Notes: generated from the sequence alone by a model not told the origin. Positions 32,479-45,039 are shown, numbered from the stretch's first letter. The stretch: DNA of 64,000 nucleotides from Bacillus sp. (in: firmicutes) (GCA_031180405.1 JAPSLU010000006.1:336-64335); one strand, 5' to 3'. Translations and numbers: made by a program.

Positions 32479-33231
32479 ATGTTATTTCTTCATGATGTTT
32501 GGGTAAATTGGTTTGAGGGTGAAGAGAATGGATACAATGTCTGTCATTTTCATGAATGGAGAAAAGATGACAGTGTTGAACTCCTTGATCAGGTTCCTTT
32601 ACTTAAGGTAAATTCCTTATTATTCGACTACATAGAAAACAACTTATCGGAGTTACCACCTGGTCTATTAAAAGATATTTTTCAAAAGGCTTATATTCGT
32701 AAAAATCATGAAAGAATTCAACTTGATTATTGTTTTGTCGTTACAGATGGAATTGGGATTTTGGCTGTGGATACAATTGGCTATACCATTCCAATTCGGA
32801 AAAGTCGCATTATACCTCGACAAGAGCAGCTTGTATTCGAAATGGTCAAAGATATTGAGGCAGAAAAGTATTCGACTGAGATTATTAATGAAGAAGCGAA
32901 TAAAGAGTATCATATTTTGTCTTTAGCACCAGAACATGTGAGAGGTTTAACTAGAAAAGAACGCCAATTAAAGCAACTCTTATTTATGGCACTTGATCAA
33001 TTACAGGCGACAAAAAATGCTGCGGAAGTTAAGTACTGGTATACTGAATGGAATCCTACAAAGTATGAGGATATTCAGCAAAGAGAATTTGATGAAGTAT
33101 GGGAGCAACTTTATGAGGAAACTCTGCACGGTTGGTCGCCAAAGCATATTCAACTATGTGAACGCCTCATAAAAGGACAACCTTTCTTTGAAAAACTTTG
33201 GGACATGGAACATGAATCAAAGGTAAATTGA
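32479..33231 (+). CDS. yjbA: YjbA (DUF3603) family protein
   Basis: [29 protein letters not shown]; RBS GAGGGG before ATG 32479. Confidence 0.9.
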   Translation: MLFLHDVWVNWFEGEENGYNVCHFHEWRKDDSVELLDQVPLLKVNSLLFDYIENNLSELPPGLLKDIFQKAYIRKNHERIQLDYCFVVTDGIGILAVDTIGYTIPIRKSRIIPRQEQLVFEMVKDIEAEKYSTEIINEEANKEYHILSLAPEHVRGLTRKERQLKQLLFMALDQLQATKNAAEVKYWYTEWNPTKYEDIQQREFDEVWEQLYEETLHGWSPKHIQLCERLIKGQPFFEKLWDMEHESKVN

Positions 33232-33341
33232 TTTGCACAGGCTATATAGAAAAATAAAAACGATGTGAAGAAAAAGGTCCATTCCATTCGACACATCGTT
33301 TTTATTGTGAAAATGATTTGCAAAAATAAGTAGTTTGCTTA

Positions 33342-34340
<999 letters not shown>

Positions 34341-34359
34341 CTAAAAATAAGTTACATAT

Positions 34360-34590
34360 AAAAAACAAAAAAGGCCCACTCGTCCCAAAGATAGGGACGA
34401 TGGACCGCGGTGCCACCCTAATTATTTCATAGTTGAAATCACTTAAAACTTTAACGCAAGATAACGTCTGTACGTACTTATTTTCTGCACAGAAGCTCAG
34501 AAGTCCATTCCATACTGGTCATTACCTGTTCCCACCAACCACAGGCTCTCTAAAAATGTTCCATATATGTACTACTCTTCATCATAGCCG
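34360..34590 (-). ncRNA. T-box leader (Trp) of trpS
   Basis: Minus strand: AG/GNTG boxes AGAGAGCCTGTGGTTGGTGGGAACAGG, specifier GAATGGAC (UGG), T-box AATTAGGGTGGCACCGCG, terminator CGTCCC/GGGACG plus U-run. Confidence 0.93.
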
Positions 34591-34646
34591 ACTATTTTTT
34601 TTTAATTATATGAAATCATGAAGGCATTTGCAAATCCTTTTAGAGA

Positions 34647-35009
34647 TCAAAATTGATAATAAAGCAATGTTCCTATAACCACAATAACAGTCATGATAAG
34701 GCCACTAGTTAAGAATGGCGAGTGATCAAATGGTAAAAGTTCTGAAACGGGAATCATTTCATCGACTTCTTGTTTTGAAAGTTCGTTACCTTTAGATATG
34801 AACATTCTTCTAAAACCATAAGTAATTCCATCAAAGAAACCACCTTTTATAGTTATAGTAAAAAACGAAATAAATAGTAGCCCGGCAGCAAAAAAGAAAG
34901 AAATATTGATGAATGATAAAATAGTTACTTTATGGTAAATGATAAAAGAAAGTAAAATTGTTAAGCATAAAGAAACAATAATGAGTGTAGCAGATCGGTT
35001 ATTGGGCAA
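34647..35009 (-). CDS. DUF3899-like membrane protein
   Basis: Three hydrophobic segments, GFFDGITYGFRR; divergent from oppA. Confidence 0.75.
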   Translation of the reverse strand: MPNNRSATLIIVSLCLTILLSFIIYHKVTILSFINISFFFAAGLLFISFFTITIKGGFFDGITYGFRRMFISKGNELSKQEVDEMIPVSELLPFDHSPFLTSGLIMTVIVVIGTLLYYQF

Positions 35010-35415
35010 ATTTCTTACTCCATTCTTGTCAATGTTATTTAAATCTATTATATCAGATCGCTGGGAGGAGAAAAAAAAAAGAGAGATATTATTATTGTAG
35101 AATATTTATTGGTATGAAAAATATAAAATCTATAATTGTATTCGTCAGCTATATACATTTTCTGCAAAAAAGCACGTTAGATTTTGTAACCCTTTCCAAG
35201 TCGACGCGTTAAAGCATTGTGAAAAAAATTACTGGGAAAATGAAGAAAATTAAAGTGATAGTAGTGAGTCTTTTTAACTATTTTTCAAAAAAAATCTTTA
35301 ATATTATTGCATTTTTGTAAACTTTTTTAAAAAAGTAAATGCACAATTGACTGAATACTTGTATAATAAATTCGTGTAAAGGAAACTTGTTCAAAGAAAA
35401 AGGGAGGTCAAATTT

Positions 35416-37104
35416 GTGAAAAAGTCGAGATTATTTTTACTTTTAGCATTGTCGCTTGTCCTTAGCATGTTTTTAGCAGCATGTAACGGCGGTGGTGACA
35501 CAACTACTGAATCTGAAGGCGATACAGATACGGCTGAAGAATCAGTGCCACAAGAACTAAAAGTTTTAGAAACATCTGAAATTCCAACAATGGATAGTGT
35601 AATGGCTCAAGATGCTGCATCTTTCACAGCATTGGCTAACACTATGGAAGGTCTATACCGTTTAGACCAAGACCAACAAGCAGTTCCTGGTATGGCTGAA
35701 GGTGAGCCTGAAGTAAGTGAAGATGGTCTTGTTTACACGGTGAAATTGAAAGAGGCAAAATGGTCTAATGGTGACCCTGTAACTGCAGAAGATTTCGTAT
35801 TTGCTTGGCAACGTGCAATTGATCCTGAAACCGCTTCTCCATACGGTCCATACATGATGGAAGGTAAAATCAAAGGAGCAAAAGAAATTATAGCTGCTGC
35901 AGCTGAAAAGAAAGAATATGATCTTAACTCTTTAGGAGTTAAAGCAATTGATGAAAAAACTCTTGAAATTACGTTAGAGAAGCCAGTACCTTATTTCGAG
36001 TCATTAATGGCGTTTGGTACTTTCTATCCTCAAAACAAAAAATTTGTTGAAGAGCAAGGCGACAAATATGCTACTTCAGCTGATACGTTAGTATATAACG
36101 GTCCTTTCGTTATGACTGAATGGGGCGGTACAACTGCAACAGAATGGACTATGGCTAAAAACACTGAGTATTGGGATGCTGAAACTGTATCTTTAGAATC
36201 AATCCAATACAATGTATTAAAAGACCCACAAGCTGCTGCAAATGCATACGAAACTGGTGAAGCTGATATCACAGGCAAGCTTGCATCTGATATCGTTCCA
36301 CAATATGAAGGTGACCCTAATCTTGTAAAATGGTTAGAGCCAACAATTTTCTGGATTAAAATGAATCAACAGAATGAAGCATTAGCAAATGAAAACATTC
36401 GTCGTGCGATTGCTACTGCATTCAATAAAGAAGACTTAGCTACGAGTATCTTAAATAACGGTTCTGTTCCTGCGAACTATGCTGTACCTGCTGGATTCGT
36501 TACACACCCTGATACTGATGAAGACTTCCGTAAGGCAAATGGCGATCTTTTAACTTACAATGTTGAAGAAGCTAAGAAATTATGGGAGCAAGGTTTAAAA
36601 GAAATTGGTAAAGATTCTGTTGAATTAGTTTACCTTGGTGGAGACACTGAAACATCTAAGAAAACAGATGCTTACATTAAAGATCAGCTTGAGAAGAATC
36701 TACCTGGTTTAACAGTTGATGTTCAATCTGTTCCATTTAGCGTACGTTTAGACCGTGACGTGAAAATGGATTATGATTTACAATTTGCTGGATGGGGTCC
36801 AGATTATCAAGATGCGATTTCATTCTCTGATTTATGGATCACTGACGGTGGAAACAACAAAATGGCATATTCTAACGAGCAATATGACAAATTGTTAGAA
36901 GATGCACAATATACTTATGCTACTGAGCCAGCTAAGCGCTTTGAAGCACTTCAACAAGCAGAAAAAATCCTTCTTGAAGAAGATGCGGCAATTGCACCGG
37001 TTTACCAACGTTCATCTAACGTACTGGTAGCAGATAAAGTAGAAGGCTTCACATATCACTTTATTGGTCCTGAGTATAGCTATAAGTGGGTTAAAATTAA
37101 ATAA
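35416..37104 (+). CDS. oppA: Oligopeptide ABC transporter binding lipoprotein
   Basis: Lipobox LAA|C, EGLYR, AKWSNGDPVTAEDF, YNGPF, GWGPDY. Confidence 0.96.
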   Translation: MKKSRLFLLLALSLVLSMFLAACNGGGDTTTESEGDTDTAEESVPQELKVLETSEIPTMDSVMAQDAASFTALANTMEGLYRLDQDQQAVPGMAEGEPEVSEDGLVYTVKLKEAKWSNGDPVTAEDFVFAWQRAIDPETASPYGPYMMEGKIKGAKEIIAAAAEKKEYDLNSLGVKAIDEKTLEITLEKPVPYFESLMAFGTFYPQNKKFVEEQGDKYATSADTLVYNGPFVMTEWGGTTATEWTMAKNTEYWDAETVSLESIQYNVLKDPQAAANAYETGEADITGKLASDIVPQYEGDPNLVKWLEPTIFWIKMNQQNEALANENIRRAIATAFNKEDLATSILNNGSVPANYAVPAGFVTHPDTDEDFRKANGDLLTYNVEEAKKLWEQGLKEIGKDSVELVYLGGDTETSKKTDAYIKDQLEKNLPGLTVDVQSVPFSVRLDRDVKMDYDLQFAGWGPDYQDAISFSDLWITDGGNNKMAYSNEQYDKLLEDAQYTYATEPAKRFEALQQAEKILLEEDAAIAPVYQRSSNVLVADKVEGFTYHFIGPEYSYKWVKIK

Positions 37105-37208
37105 ATAACATTCACTTTTATGCCTTCTTTGACAGTTTGGTAAGTACCATCTGTTGGAGAGTGCTTAATAGTTTACGTATAGACCTAGAGTCGGTATAAT
37201 TTAAAGGC

Positions 37209-37243
37209 TTGAAGAGAGTATAGTTCATATACTCTCTTTTTCC
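37209..37243 (+). terminator. Hairpin/terminator between oppA and oppB
   Basis: AAGAGAGTAT agttc ATATACTCTCTTTTTT. Confidence 0.75.
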
Positions 37244-37300
37244 CTGTAGGGGAATTGTCGAACAATGTAGAAAATTAAGATTTTTAGGAGGTGCTTGAAT

Positions 37301-38230
37301 ATGGTTAAGTATATATCTCAACGTGTGTTTTATATGCTACTTACCCTAGTATTAATTGCCACATTTACTTTTTTCCTCATGAAATTAATCCCTGGTACTC
37401 CCTTTACAAATGCAGGTAAGTTATCAGAAGCGCAATTAACGGTTATGAAAGATAAATATGGACTAGATGAGCCTGTACCAGTTCAATACGTAACGTATAT
37501 GGTTAATTTGGCAAAAGGGGATCTTGGTGTTTCCTTCCAATTTAACAATGCAAATGTGACAGATATCTTAATGGATAGAATTGGGCCTTCTGCCATACTA
37601 GGCTTTCAAGCGATGTTTTTTGGAACATTAATAGGAATTGTACTCGGTGTAATAGGTGCACTGAGACAGAATACATGGGTTGATTATAGTGCAACTTTCC
37701 TGGCGGTAATCGGAAAATCCATACCTTCATTTGTATTTGCTGGATTACTGCAATATTACATCGGGGTAAAATTAGGCTGGTTACCAGTTGCATTCTGGCG
37801 CGGTCCTGAGTATACGATCCTACCGACTATTGCTTTAGCGATGTTCCCTATTTCAATAGCTGCACGTTTTATGAGAACAGAAATGATCGAAGTTTTAGGA
37901 TCAGATTATATTACATTGGCAAAAGCAAAAGGTGCATCTGGATTTGAAGTAGCATTTAAACATGGCTTACGTAATGCGTTAATTCCTGTTGTTACTGTTT
38001 TGGGGCCATTGACTGTGAGCTTAATGACTGGTTCGTTAGTTATTGAGCAGATCTTTGGTATTCCTGGACTTGGTGAACAATTCGTTAAGTCTGTTAACGT
38101 AAATGACTACCCTGTAATTATGGGTACGACAATCTTATTTGCAGCTCTATTTATATTTGTTATTTTAGTAGTTGATTTGCTGTACGGTTTAATTGATCCA
38201 AGAATTCGTTTAGCGGGAGGTAAAAAATAA
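37301..38230 (+). CDS. oppB: Oligopeptide ABC permease
   Basis: GDLGVSF, EAA loop (AKAKGAS), LIDPRI. Confidence 0.96.
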   Translation: MVKYISQRVFYMLLTLVLIATFTFFLMKLIPGTPFTNAGKLSEAQLTVMKDKYGLDEPVPVQYVTYMVNLAKGDLGVSFQFNNANVTDILMDRIGPSAILGFQAMFFGTLIGIVLGVIGALRQNTWVDYSATFLAVIGKSIPSFVFAGLLQYYIGVKLGWLPVAFWRGPEYTILPTIALAMFPISIAARFMRTEMIEVLGSDYITLAKAKGASGFEVAFKHGLRNALIPVVTVLGPLTVSLMTGSLVIEQIFGIPGLGEQFVKSVNVNDYPVIMGTTILFAALFIFVILVVDLLYGLIDPRIRLAGGKK

Positions 38231-39261
38231 TGTCACAGCAAGATCGTAATATTTCGAAAGAACTGTTTCAACCCGCTAAAATAGATTCATCGAAAAGTGA
38301 AGAAATTTCTAAACCCAGTCTAACCTATTGGCAAGACGCATGGTTACGTGTTAGAAAAAATACTGGGGCTGTTATTAGCTTAGTGGTTCTTATATTATTG
38401 ACGATTCTAGCATTAGTAGGGCCACTCTTTTCTGGTTATGAATATAGTACCCAGACGGCAACACATGCTAATTTACCTCCAAGAGTGCAGGGGTTGGAAG
38501 ATATTAGCTGGCTGCCTTTTGATGGTACCTTAACAAAGAAAAACGGTGAAGTATATAATGCTTATGAGCTAAAAGGTGCTGAAGATTCATATTACTGGTT
38601 TGGTACAGATAGCTTAGGGCGGGATATTTTTACTCGTGTGTGGAAAGGAACTCAGGTTTCCTTATATATTGCGGTACTAGCAGCCGTAATTGATATGATT
38701 ATAGGTGTTGCATATGGGGCAATTTCAGGATATTTTGGTGGTAAAATTGATAATGTCATGCAACGTATCATTGAAGTTTTAGTTGGAATCCCCAATTTAG
38801 TAGTTGTGATTTTAATGATTATTATATTGGAACCTGGTATTGTCTCGATTACCATTGCATTAACCATAACTGGTTGGGTCGGTATGGCAAGGGTAGTTCG
38901 CGGACAGGTACTAAAATTTAAAAATCAAGAATTTGTCTTGGCCTCTAGAACATTAGGGGCAGGTCATGGGAAAATTATTATAAAACACTTACTTCCCAAC
39001 CTTGTTGGAGTCATCATTATTAATACGATGTTTACGATTCCAAGTGCTATTTTCTTTGAAGCATTTTTAAGCTTTATCGGATTGGGATTAAAAGACCCTT
39101 TAGCTTCATTAGGTACGTTAATTGATTCTGGTTTTAGAACGTTACGTTTGTATCCATATCAAATGATTTTCCCAGCAATTGTGATCAGTACAATCATGAT
39201 TTGTTTCAATATGATTGCAGATGGATTACGTGATGCACTTGATCCAAAAATGCGCGACTAA
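38230..39261 (+). CDS. oppC: Oligopeptide ABC permease
   Basis: WFGTDSLGRD, ASRTLGA, DGLRDALDP. Confidence 0.96.
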   Translation: MSQQDRNISKELFQPAKIDSSKSEEISKPSLTYWQDAWLRVRKNTGAVISLVVLILLTILALVGPLFSGYEYSTQTATHANLPPRVQGLEDISWLPFDGTLTKKNGEVYNAYELKGAEDSYYWFGTDSLGRDIFTRVWKGTQVSLYIAVLAAVIDMIIGVAYGAISGYFGGKIDNVMQRIIEVLVGIPNLVVVILMIIILEPGIVSITIALTITGWVGMARVVRGQVLKFKNQEFVLASRTLGAGHGKIIIKHLLPNLVGVIIINTMFTIPSAIFFEAFLSFIGLGLKDPLASLGTLIDSGFRTLRLYPYQMIFPAIVISTIMICFNMIADGLRDALDPKMRD

Positions 39262-39279
39262 AAGGTAGGTGAATAGATC

Positions 39280-40323
39280 ATGGAAAAAATATTAGAGGTT
39301 AAAGATTTACACATTTCGTTCCACACCTTTGGAGGAGAGGTCCAGGCAATACGTGGAGTTAATTTTGACTTACTAAAAGGTGAAACCCTTGCAATTGTTG
39401 GAGAGTCTGGTTCTGGTAAATCAGTAACAACAAAGTCCATTATGCGCCTTTTACCTGAATCTAATTCAGAAATAAAAGCCGGTGAGATTCTTTTTGATGG
39501 AAAAGATATCGCGAAGCTTTCGAATAAAGAAATGCAAAAAATCCGTGGTAAAGATATATCAATGATTTTCCAGGATCCAATGACTTCTTTAAACCCAACA
39601 ATGAAGGTCGGTAAACAAATCATGGAGCCGATAGTAAAGCACCAAAACTTAAGTAAATCGGCTGCAAGAAATCGTGCAATTGATTTATTACGGTTAGTGG
39701 GAATCCCACAACCGGAAGAACGTTTCAATCAGTATCCACACCAGTTTTCCGGTGGTATGAGACAAAGGGTTGTCATTGCGATCGCATTAGCATGTAATCC
39801 TAAAGTATTAATTGCCGATGAACCTACAACGGCTTTAGATGTTACTATTCAAGCCCAGATACTTGAATTAATGAAAGATCTACAACAGAAAATTGATACT
39901 TCTATTATCTTCATTACCCATGACCTAGGTGTTGTGGCAAATGTTGCTGATCGAGTAGCGGTAATGTATGGTGGGAAAATTGTTGAAATTGGAACTGTTG
40001 ATGAAGTCTTTTATAATCCACAGCATCCATATACATGGGGATTAATTAGCTCAATGCCAAGTCTTGATTCAGAGGATGCTGAGCTTTATGCAATTCCAGG
40101 TACACCACCGGATTTATTAAATCCTCCAGTTGGTGATGCATTCGCTGCACGAAATGAATACGCGATGCAAATAGATTTGGAACAGCAGCCACCAATGTAT
40201 CAGGTTTCACCTACTCACTATGCAGCAACATGGTTATTACACCCTGATGCTCCAAAAGTGGAACCACCAGAAGCTGTAAAGCGCCGCAGACGTCAGTTCC
40301 CTGTAAACAAGGAGGGAAAATAA
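39280..40323 (+). CDS. oppD: Oligopeptide ABC ATPase
   Basis: GESGSGKS, FSGGMRQR, IADEPTTALD. Confidence 0.96.
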   Translation: MEKILEVKDLHISFHTFGGEVQAIRGVNFDLLKGETLAIVGESGSGKSVTTKSIMRLLPESNSEIKAGEILFDGKDIAKLSNKEMQKIRGKDISMIFQDPMTSLNPTMKVGKQIMEPIVKHQNLSKSAARNRAIDLLRLVGIPQPEERFNQYPHQFSGGMRQRVVIAIALACNPKVLIADEPTTALDVTIQAQILELMKDLQQKIDTSIIFITHDLGVVANVADRVAVMYGGKIVEIGTVDEVFYNPQHPYTWGLISSMPSLDSEDAELYAIPGTPPDLLNPPVGDAFAARNEYAMQIDLEQQPPMYQVSPTHYAATWLLHPDAPKVEPPEAVKRRRRQFPVNKEGK

Positions 40324-41259
40324 ATGGCTGGAGAAAAGTTATTAGAAATTAAGAATTTAAAACAATATTTTAATGTAGGGAAACCTAATGAAGTAAAAGC
40401 AGTAGATAATATTTCCTTTGATATTTATAAAGGGGAAACACTGGGACTTGTTGGAGAATCAGGTTGTGGTAAATCTACTACAGGAAGAACGATTATCCGC
40501 TTATATGATGCAACAGATGGAGAAGTGCTATACGACGGTGTAAATGTTCACGGGCAAAAATCAAAGCCTGAGTTAAAAGCATTTAATCGTAAGATGCAAA
40601 TGATTTTCCAAGATCCTTACGCTTCTCTAAACCCACGAATGAAGGTATCAGATGTAATAGCTGAAGGTATTGATATTCACGGTTTAGCAAAAACAAAAAA
40701 AGAACGTATGGAAAAAGTATATGAGCTTTTAGAAACTGTTGGCTTAAATAGAGAACATGCAAACCGTTATCCACATGAATTCAGTGGTGGACAACGTCAA
40801 CGTATTGGGATTGCCCGTGCATTAGCGGTTCAGCCTGAGTTTATCATTGCCGATGAACCGATTTCGGCTCTTGACGTGTCAATTCAGGCGCAGGTTGTTA
40901 ATTTAATGAAAAATCTCCAAAAAGAAAAAGGTTTAACCTATTTATTCATCGCTCATGATTTATCTATGGTTAAATATATAAGTGATCGTATAGGTGTTAT
41001 GTACTTTGGAAAGCTTGTGGAGTTAGCAAGTGCTGAAGAACTTTACAACAACCCAATTCACCCTTACACACAATCGTTATTGTCTGCTATTCCACTTCCG
41101 GACCCAGACTATGAGCGTACGCGTGTAAGAAAAACGTATAATCCTAGCCAACATAATTATCAACCAAATGAGGAAGTTGAATTTAGAGAAGTGAAGCCAG
41201 GACATTTCGTTATGTGTTCTCAAAGTGAATTCGAGAAATATCAAAAAGAGCATTCTTAA
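40324..41259 (+). CDS. oppF: Oligopeptide ABC ATPase
   Basis: GESGCGKS, FSGGQRQR, ADEPISALD. Confidence 0.96.
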   Translation: MAGEKLLEIKNLKQYFNVGKPNEVKAVDNISFDIYKGETLGLVGESGCGKSTTGRTIIRLYDATDGEVLYDGVNVHGQKSKPELKAFNRKMQMIFQDPYASLNPRMKVSDVIAEGIDIHGLAKTKKERMEKVYELLETVGLNREHANRYPHEFSGGQRQRIGIARALAVQPEFIIADEPISALDVSIQAQVVNLMKNLQKEKGLTYLFIAHDLSMVKYISDRIGVMYFGKLVELASAEELYNNPIHPYTQSLLSAIPLPDPDYERTRVRKTYNPSQHNYQPNEEVEFREVKPGHFVMCSQSEFEKYQKEHS

Positions 41260-41524
41260 TAATACGAAATAGGAGAGTACCTTCGGGTAGTCTCTTTTTT
41301 GTTTTTACCTAGGTATTGTTGATTACCGTACAGTTGCTCGAATTTGCGCCTCCAAACAACATAATTAAGCATTGCTTCAAAAGGAATCATTAAAAACAAT
41401 AATCATTTAGAATAAAGCGTATTAATAAATACTACAAGACAAGGTTCAATATCTATGTTAAAATAAATAGGAACAAATGTTCTATTTTTACTTGAGGAAA
41501 TGTGGTAGTTTTAATTGCTAAAAC

Positions 41525-41549
41525 GTTTAATAATTCGTATGTAGGGTAT
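41525..41549 (+). promoter_or_regulatory. SigB promoter of yjbC
   Basis: GTTTAA-N13-GGGTAT, consensus match. Confidence 0.8.
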
Positions 41550-41594
41550 ACATAAGCATGGGAGAATTTATTAAATTGTGTTAGGAGTAGATAA

Positions 41595-42173
41595 ATGAAC
41601 TGGTATAAGAAGTTAAATCAGTATTTTCCCATTGAAGAAATGAAGTCAAAAGAGCATATGGAAGCTTTACTTCAAGAGAGAAAAGAAATCTATCATAAGG
41701 ATGAAGGAAAACATCATGTAATGATGTATGCAGAACTTCCTGACTTTATCTTTATTGATTATCTCTTCGTATCTAAGGATGCTCGAGGAGAAGGTTTAGG
41801 TAGTAAATTAATTAAAAAGCTAAAGAATAAGAAAAAACCAATTATTCTTGAAGTTGAGCCAATTAATTATGAAGATACTGATACGGAAAAACGATTAAAG
41901 TTTTATCAAAAGCAGGGCTTTAGACATGCTGAGTCAATTGGTTATGAGAGACGCTCCCTTGCGACAAATGAAATTAATAAATTAGAAATTTTATATTGGG
42001 CTCCAAATGATGAATCAGAGGAAAATATCTTTGAAGCAATGAAACAAACATACAGTCTTATTCACACGTTTAAAGATAAGGAACTATATGGAGAATCATA
42101 TCAACCTGTTCATGAAGTACTAACAATTGGTGAAAATAGTAAACAACAAAATATTTTCGATGAGCTAAGTTAA
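41595..42173 (+). CDS. yjbC: GNAT acetyltransferase
   Basis: ARGEGLGS acetyl-CoA motif, ILEVE, FYQKQGF; precedes spx. Confidence 0.9.
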   Translation: MNWYKKLNQYFPIEEMKSKEHMEALLQERKEIYHKDEGKHHVMMYAELPDFIFIDYLFVSKDARGEGLGSKLIKKLKNKKKPIILEVEPINYEDTDTEKRLKFYQKQGFRHAESIGYERRSLATNEINKLEILYWAPNDESEENIFEAMKQTYSLIHTFKDKELYGESYQPVHEVLTIGENSKQQNIFDELS

Positions 42174-42316
42174 TTGAGAATGACAGCAGTGACTAAAACT
42201 AGACAAATTAAGATAAACCTTTTCTTAGAGTAAGTCACTGTTTACATATTCTTTCTAGAGTTTTCACTATTGTAATCGTTTTGTCATACTTTTAATCTAA
42301 TATCTATATGCATACT

Positions 42317-42368
42317 TACTTTTTTATAGTATAATCAATTTAGAAGTTCTAAATTAAAGTAATTTTAA
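42317..42368 (+). promoter_or_regulatory. spx promoter region with YodB-like and PerR-like operators
   Basis: TACT-N7-AGTA (42317-42331) over the -10 TATAAT; palindrome AATTTAGAAGTTCTAAATT; PerR-like TTAAAGTAATTTTAA. Confidence 0.55.
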
Positions 42369-42418
42369 TTATATAGGCTTAAATGTTACTCATTCTATAT
42401 TTAGAGGAGTGAAGGATA

Positions 42419-42814
42419 ATGGTTACATTGTATACATCACCAAGTTGTACTTCATGTCGAAAAGCAAAAGCATGGTTAGAGGAGCACGAAATAGCTTATG
42501 TTGAAAGAAATATTTTTTCTGAATCATTAAGCATTCAGGAGATCAAAGAAATTCTTAGAATGACAGAAGATGGAACAGATGAGATTATTTCAACAAGGTC
42601 TAAGATTTTTCAAAAGTTAAATATCAACCTAGAATCAATGCCATTGCAAGATTTATATAAATTAATTCAAGAAAATCCTGGACTTCTTCGCCGTCCAATT
42701 ATTATTGACGAAAAAAGACTTCAGGTAGGATATAATGAAGACGAAATTCGACGTTTTCTTCCACGTCGTGTTCGAACTTATCAACTACAAGAAGCACAGC
42801 GCTTAGTTAATTAA
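42419..42814 (+). CDS. spxA: Transcriptional regulator Spx
   Basis: [17 protein letters not shown] (CXXC), LLRRPII, C-terminal RLVN. Confidence 0.98.
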   Translation: MVTLYTSPSCTSCRKAKAWLEEHEIAYVERNIFSESLSIQEIKEILRMTEDGTDEIISTRSKIFQKLNINLESMPLQDLYKLIQENPGLLRRPIIIDEKRLQVGYNEDEIRRFLPRRVRTYQLQEAQRLVN

Positions 42815-43053
42815 ATATAAGAAAGAGGTAGTTTCTAATAAATACACCTTTTTATTGGTGAACTTATTTTAGAATTACCTCTTTTGTTTATTTTTAGTTG
42901 TGCTCTTTTTTACAAGATTTCTACAAGATTAGTTTTAAATAGATTCATTTAATTAATTTAATTGTTGATTAAAATAAATTTTCCGATTGTTGGAAATAAT
43001 TATTACTAAACTTATTATTAATCAACAAAGTTTGCGATTACCTTTAGTAAAAG

Positions 43054-43722
43054 CTAATCTTTTCGATAGGAAATTTGTTGATAAATTAGGCCTGCTAGTA
43101 TAATGAAGGAAACCGTTAAATAAGGTATGCTCATTTCAATCATAGGGTATGATCCATATAGGTTTTGAAGATAAGGTTCTTCACTAATCATTTTTCCTGA
43201 GGTAAAGGCAAGCAAGCTACCACCAATGTAAATCAAAAATGGATATTTTGTTAGTAAGACAAGAATGATTTTACTTCCCCAAATAATGATTGGTATGGAT
43301 ATAACTAGACCTAATGCTACTAATATCATATGCCCCTGTGCTGCTCCAGCTACCGCTAGGACATTATCGAATCCCATTAACAAATCGGCAACCACAATTG
43401 TCTTAACCGCTTTCCATAATGAATAATGACTTTTTATTTTGTTTGTGTCTTCTTCCTTTCCTATAATAAGGTGATAAGCAATATAGAGAAGAAAGACTCC
43501 ACCAATAAGTTGTAAAAACGGTATTTGTAGCAAATACACTGCAACCAGCGTTATCAAAATTCGAAAGACAATTGCAAGCATAGTTCCGATAATAATGGCT
43601 TTGTTTCGCTGAATAGCGGGTAAGTTACGACATGCCATAGCAATTACGACAGCATTGTCTCCTCCAAGGACTAGGTCAATCCCTATGATCATAAGAAGTG
43701 ATAAGAAAAAATCTTGTTCCAT
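43054..43722 (-). CDS. yjbE: TerC-family membrane protein
   Basis: DLVLGGDNAVVIA, ADLLMGFDNVLAVAG. Confidence 0.9.
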   Translation of the reverse strand: MEQDFFLSLLMIIGIDLVLGGDNAVVIAMACRNLPAIQRNKAIIIGTMLAIVFRILITLVAVYLLQIPFLQLIGGVFLLYIAYHLIIGKEEDTNKIKSHYSLWKAVKTIVVADLLMGFDNVLAVAGAAQGHMILVALGLVISIPIIIWGSKIILVLLTKYPFLIYIGGSLLAFTSGKMISEEPYLQNLYGSYPMIEMSIPYLTVSFIILAGLIYQQISYRKD

Positions 43723-44062
43723 CGTTAAACCCTCTTTTCAGCTTTTTCAATGCTCGTACAATTATATGAAAGCATTCATTATATATGCTTAGAGAATTAT
43801 ATAGGTGAATTAACTGTTTTTGTAAATTCAGAGTTTTTTTATTTCCTTTAAGGATTTTTTATCATAAAATAGGAGTACAAGATTCTTACAATATTGAAGG
43901 TTTTGAATCGAGTGTGAATCATTTCTCTTTTTGAAAAGAGGATATTGACACTTCTCTTTACCCGTGGCTAAATAGTTGAAATTTTGGGTAAAGTGTAGTA
44001 AAGTACAACTACCCTGAGGGGGTTGTCCCTTCAACATCTTATATAGAAGGGAAGGTTGAGTA

Positions 44063-44734
44063 ATGGAGATTGAACGTATTAACGAGAATACTGTTAAGTT
44101 TTATATTTCGTATTTAGATATAGAAGAGCGTGGATTTGATCGTGATGAAATTTGGTATAATCGTGACCGAAGTGAAGAACTCTTTTGGGAAATGATGGAT
44201 GAAGTCCATGAGGAAGAGGAATTTATGGTTGAAGGTCCTCTTTGGATTCAAGTTCAGGCACTTGATAAAGGCTTAGAAGTTATTGTGACAAAGGCACAAG
44301 TGTCAAAGGATGGGCAGAAGCTAGAACTCCCAATATCGGATGAAAAGCTCAAAGAACTTCCGGTAGACGAAAATATAGAGTCCTTATTAGATCAACATTT
44401 TAATAAATCTAATGATTCACAAGATGATCACGTTGAAGATATGGAACAACAGCTTCAGTTTGTACTAAAATTCAATGATCTTGAACATATTATTTCCTTG
44501 TCTAAATATTCGTTGCTTGCAGGAATGACGAATCATTTATACTCGCTCGACCAGCAATATTATTTATTTATCGAGTTTGAAGATGAGGTAAGTGATGAAG
44601 AAATTGAGAACAATTTAAGTATTCTACTTGAATATGGACAAGAATCGCGAGTTACTATTCATAGACTTGAGGAATATGGGAATTTAATCGCGAAAGACCA
44701 TGCACTAACCGTTATAAGAAAACACTTCACCTAA
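44063..44734 (+). CDS. mecA: ClpC adaptor MecA
   Basis: MEIERINENTVKFYISYLDIEERG, LLEYG, LEEYG. Confidence 0.96.
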   Translation: MEIERINENTVKFYISYLDIEERGFDRDEIWYNRDRSEELFWEMMDEVHEEEEFMVEGPLWIQVQALDKGLEVIVTKAQVSKDGQKLELPISDEKLKELPVDENIESLLDQHFNKSNDSQDDHVEDMEQQLQFVLKFNDLEHIISLSKYSLLAGMTNHLYSLDQQYYLFIEFEDEVSDEEIENNLSILLEYGQESRVTIHRLEEYGNLIAKDHALTVIRKHFT

Positions 44735-44790
44735 AATAATATAGATTGTAGAAAAAACCGATTTTTTATAAATCGGTTTTTTTCTTTATT

Positions 44791-44887
44791 GTCTGCCTAG
44801 CTCTTCTAGGGTTTGGCCACGATTGAATGAAAGTCTATTCAATTGAGTGCTATTGCCTGAAGCACATCAAGGTACTAGCGCTTTGTT
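44791..44887. repeat. Degenerate hairpin repeat after the mecA terminator
   Basis: TTTATT|GTCTGCCTAGC...CAAGGTACTAGCGCTTTG; ends shared with the 7702 and 11796 copies. Confidence 0.55.
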
Positions 44888-45039
44888 TTAATTAAAATTT
44901 TTAATTAAGGGGTAAAAATAGCTGTTAAGTAATAAAATAGTGAGAACACAAAGGAGAATCTTACATGAAATAAACTGAAAAATGTTTCGTTTATATAAAT
45001 GAAGGGAAGTTAAATTAAAAATAAGACAGGTGAAAAACA

